Source of the DNA: Candidatus Omnitrophota bacterium
GTDB taxonomy: Bacteria; Omnitrophota; Gorgyraeia; JABMRN01; RBG-13-46-9
DNA: 64,000 nucleotides
Assembly (NCBI GenBank): GCA_013203315.1
Contig: JABMQJ010000026.1
Span: 41,006-105,005 of the forward strand
Direction: 5' to 3'
More notes on this DNA, generated by a model. It worked only from the letters and a program-made list of their open reading frames with translations. It had not been told where the DNA came from and did not search any database. Position 1 is the stretch's first letter. The stretch is not shown here.

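Noticed and set aside
26342-62197. Short + strand ORFs in frames 2/3 (26342-26584, 35651-35899, 35802-36077, 45768-45959, 49046-49252, 49692-49910, 51263-51466, 58416-58601, 61994-62197)
   Set aside because: They are off-frame overlaps inside the giant frame-1 ORF. They are Arg/Lys/Gln-rich with no motifs. They are not independent genes.
19969-63692. About 90 minus-strand ORFs of 60-362 aa listed by the ORF track across 20-64 kb (for example 25524-26612, 34566-35357, 42211-42819, 51930-52412, 55869-56627)
   Set aside because: They lie antisense to a frame that carries recognisable enzyme motifs over 40 kb. Their translations are low-complexity Ser/Ala/Cys/Leu-rich with no motifs, and the longest coincide with repeats in the sense strand. 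They are typical shadow ORFs of a long gene and not real genes.
19774-64000. Alternative that 19.7-64 kb is several adjacent genes rather than one
   Set aside because: This would require stops in frame 1, which would generate listed ORFs. None is listed, and I found none on manual translation. Only uncorrected frameshifts or sequencing errors could split it, and I cannot exclude those from sequence alone.

Overview
The window has two parts, almost entirely on the + strand at moderate GC. Positions 1-19.6 kb hold a lipid A/LPS inner-core locus and a short DNA-repair/regulatory stretch. The LPS locus runs: a XerC/D recombinase 3' fragment, Kdo transferase WaaA, a CBS-pair protein, an ArsB/NhaD-type permease, LpxK, an LpxL-family acyltransferase fused to an ELM1/DUF1022-like domain, a GT-B+GT9 fusion, a GT4 glycosyltransferase, a CE4 polysaccharide deacetylase and three consecutive GT9 heptosyltransferase paralogs. 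A 530-nt intergenic region packed with long perfect inverted repeats follows. Next come a PolX-family polymerase, an M48 peptidase, a small secreted protein on the - strand, a UvrD/PcrA-type helicase and an ECF sigma factor. The main result is at 19,774 bp. From a GTG/ATG start with a good Shine-Dalgarno, a single + strand reading frame (frame 1) runs without a stop to the window end at 64,000. That is at least 14,742 codons, and the gene continues past the window. The supplied ORF track omits it only because it has no stop inside the window. I translated it by hand. It is a mosaic giant protein. It has an N-terminal signal anchor, two HD phosphohydrolase domains, a long Glu/Lys/Arg/Ala-rich coiled-coil-like middle section, internally duplicated modules joined by short collagen-like (G-X-Y)4-6 linkers, and a GH-like TIM barrel. 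It also has a polytopic membrane region with GT2 (cellulose-synthase-like TED/QxxRW) motifs, a TadA/CDA-type zinc deaminase motif, and GDPD, HAD-IIB, sugar-nucleotidyltransferase and class II aldolase-like domains. All minus-strand ORFs listed inside this region are antisense artefacts. This resembles the giant genes reported in a few bacterial lineages such as Omnitrophota, but I make no organism assignment.
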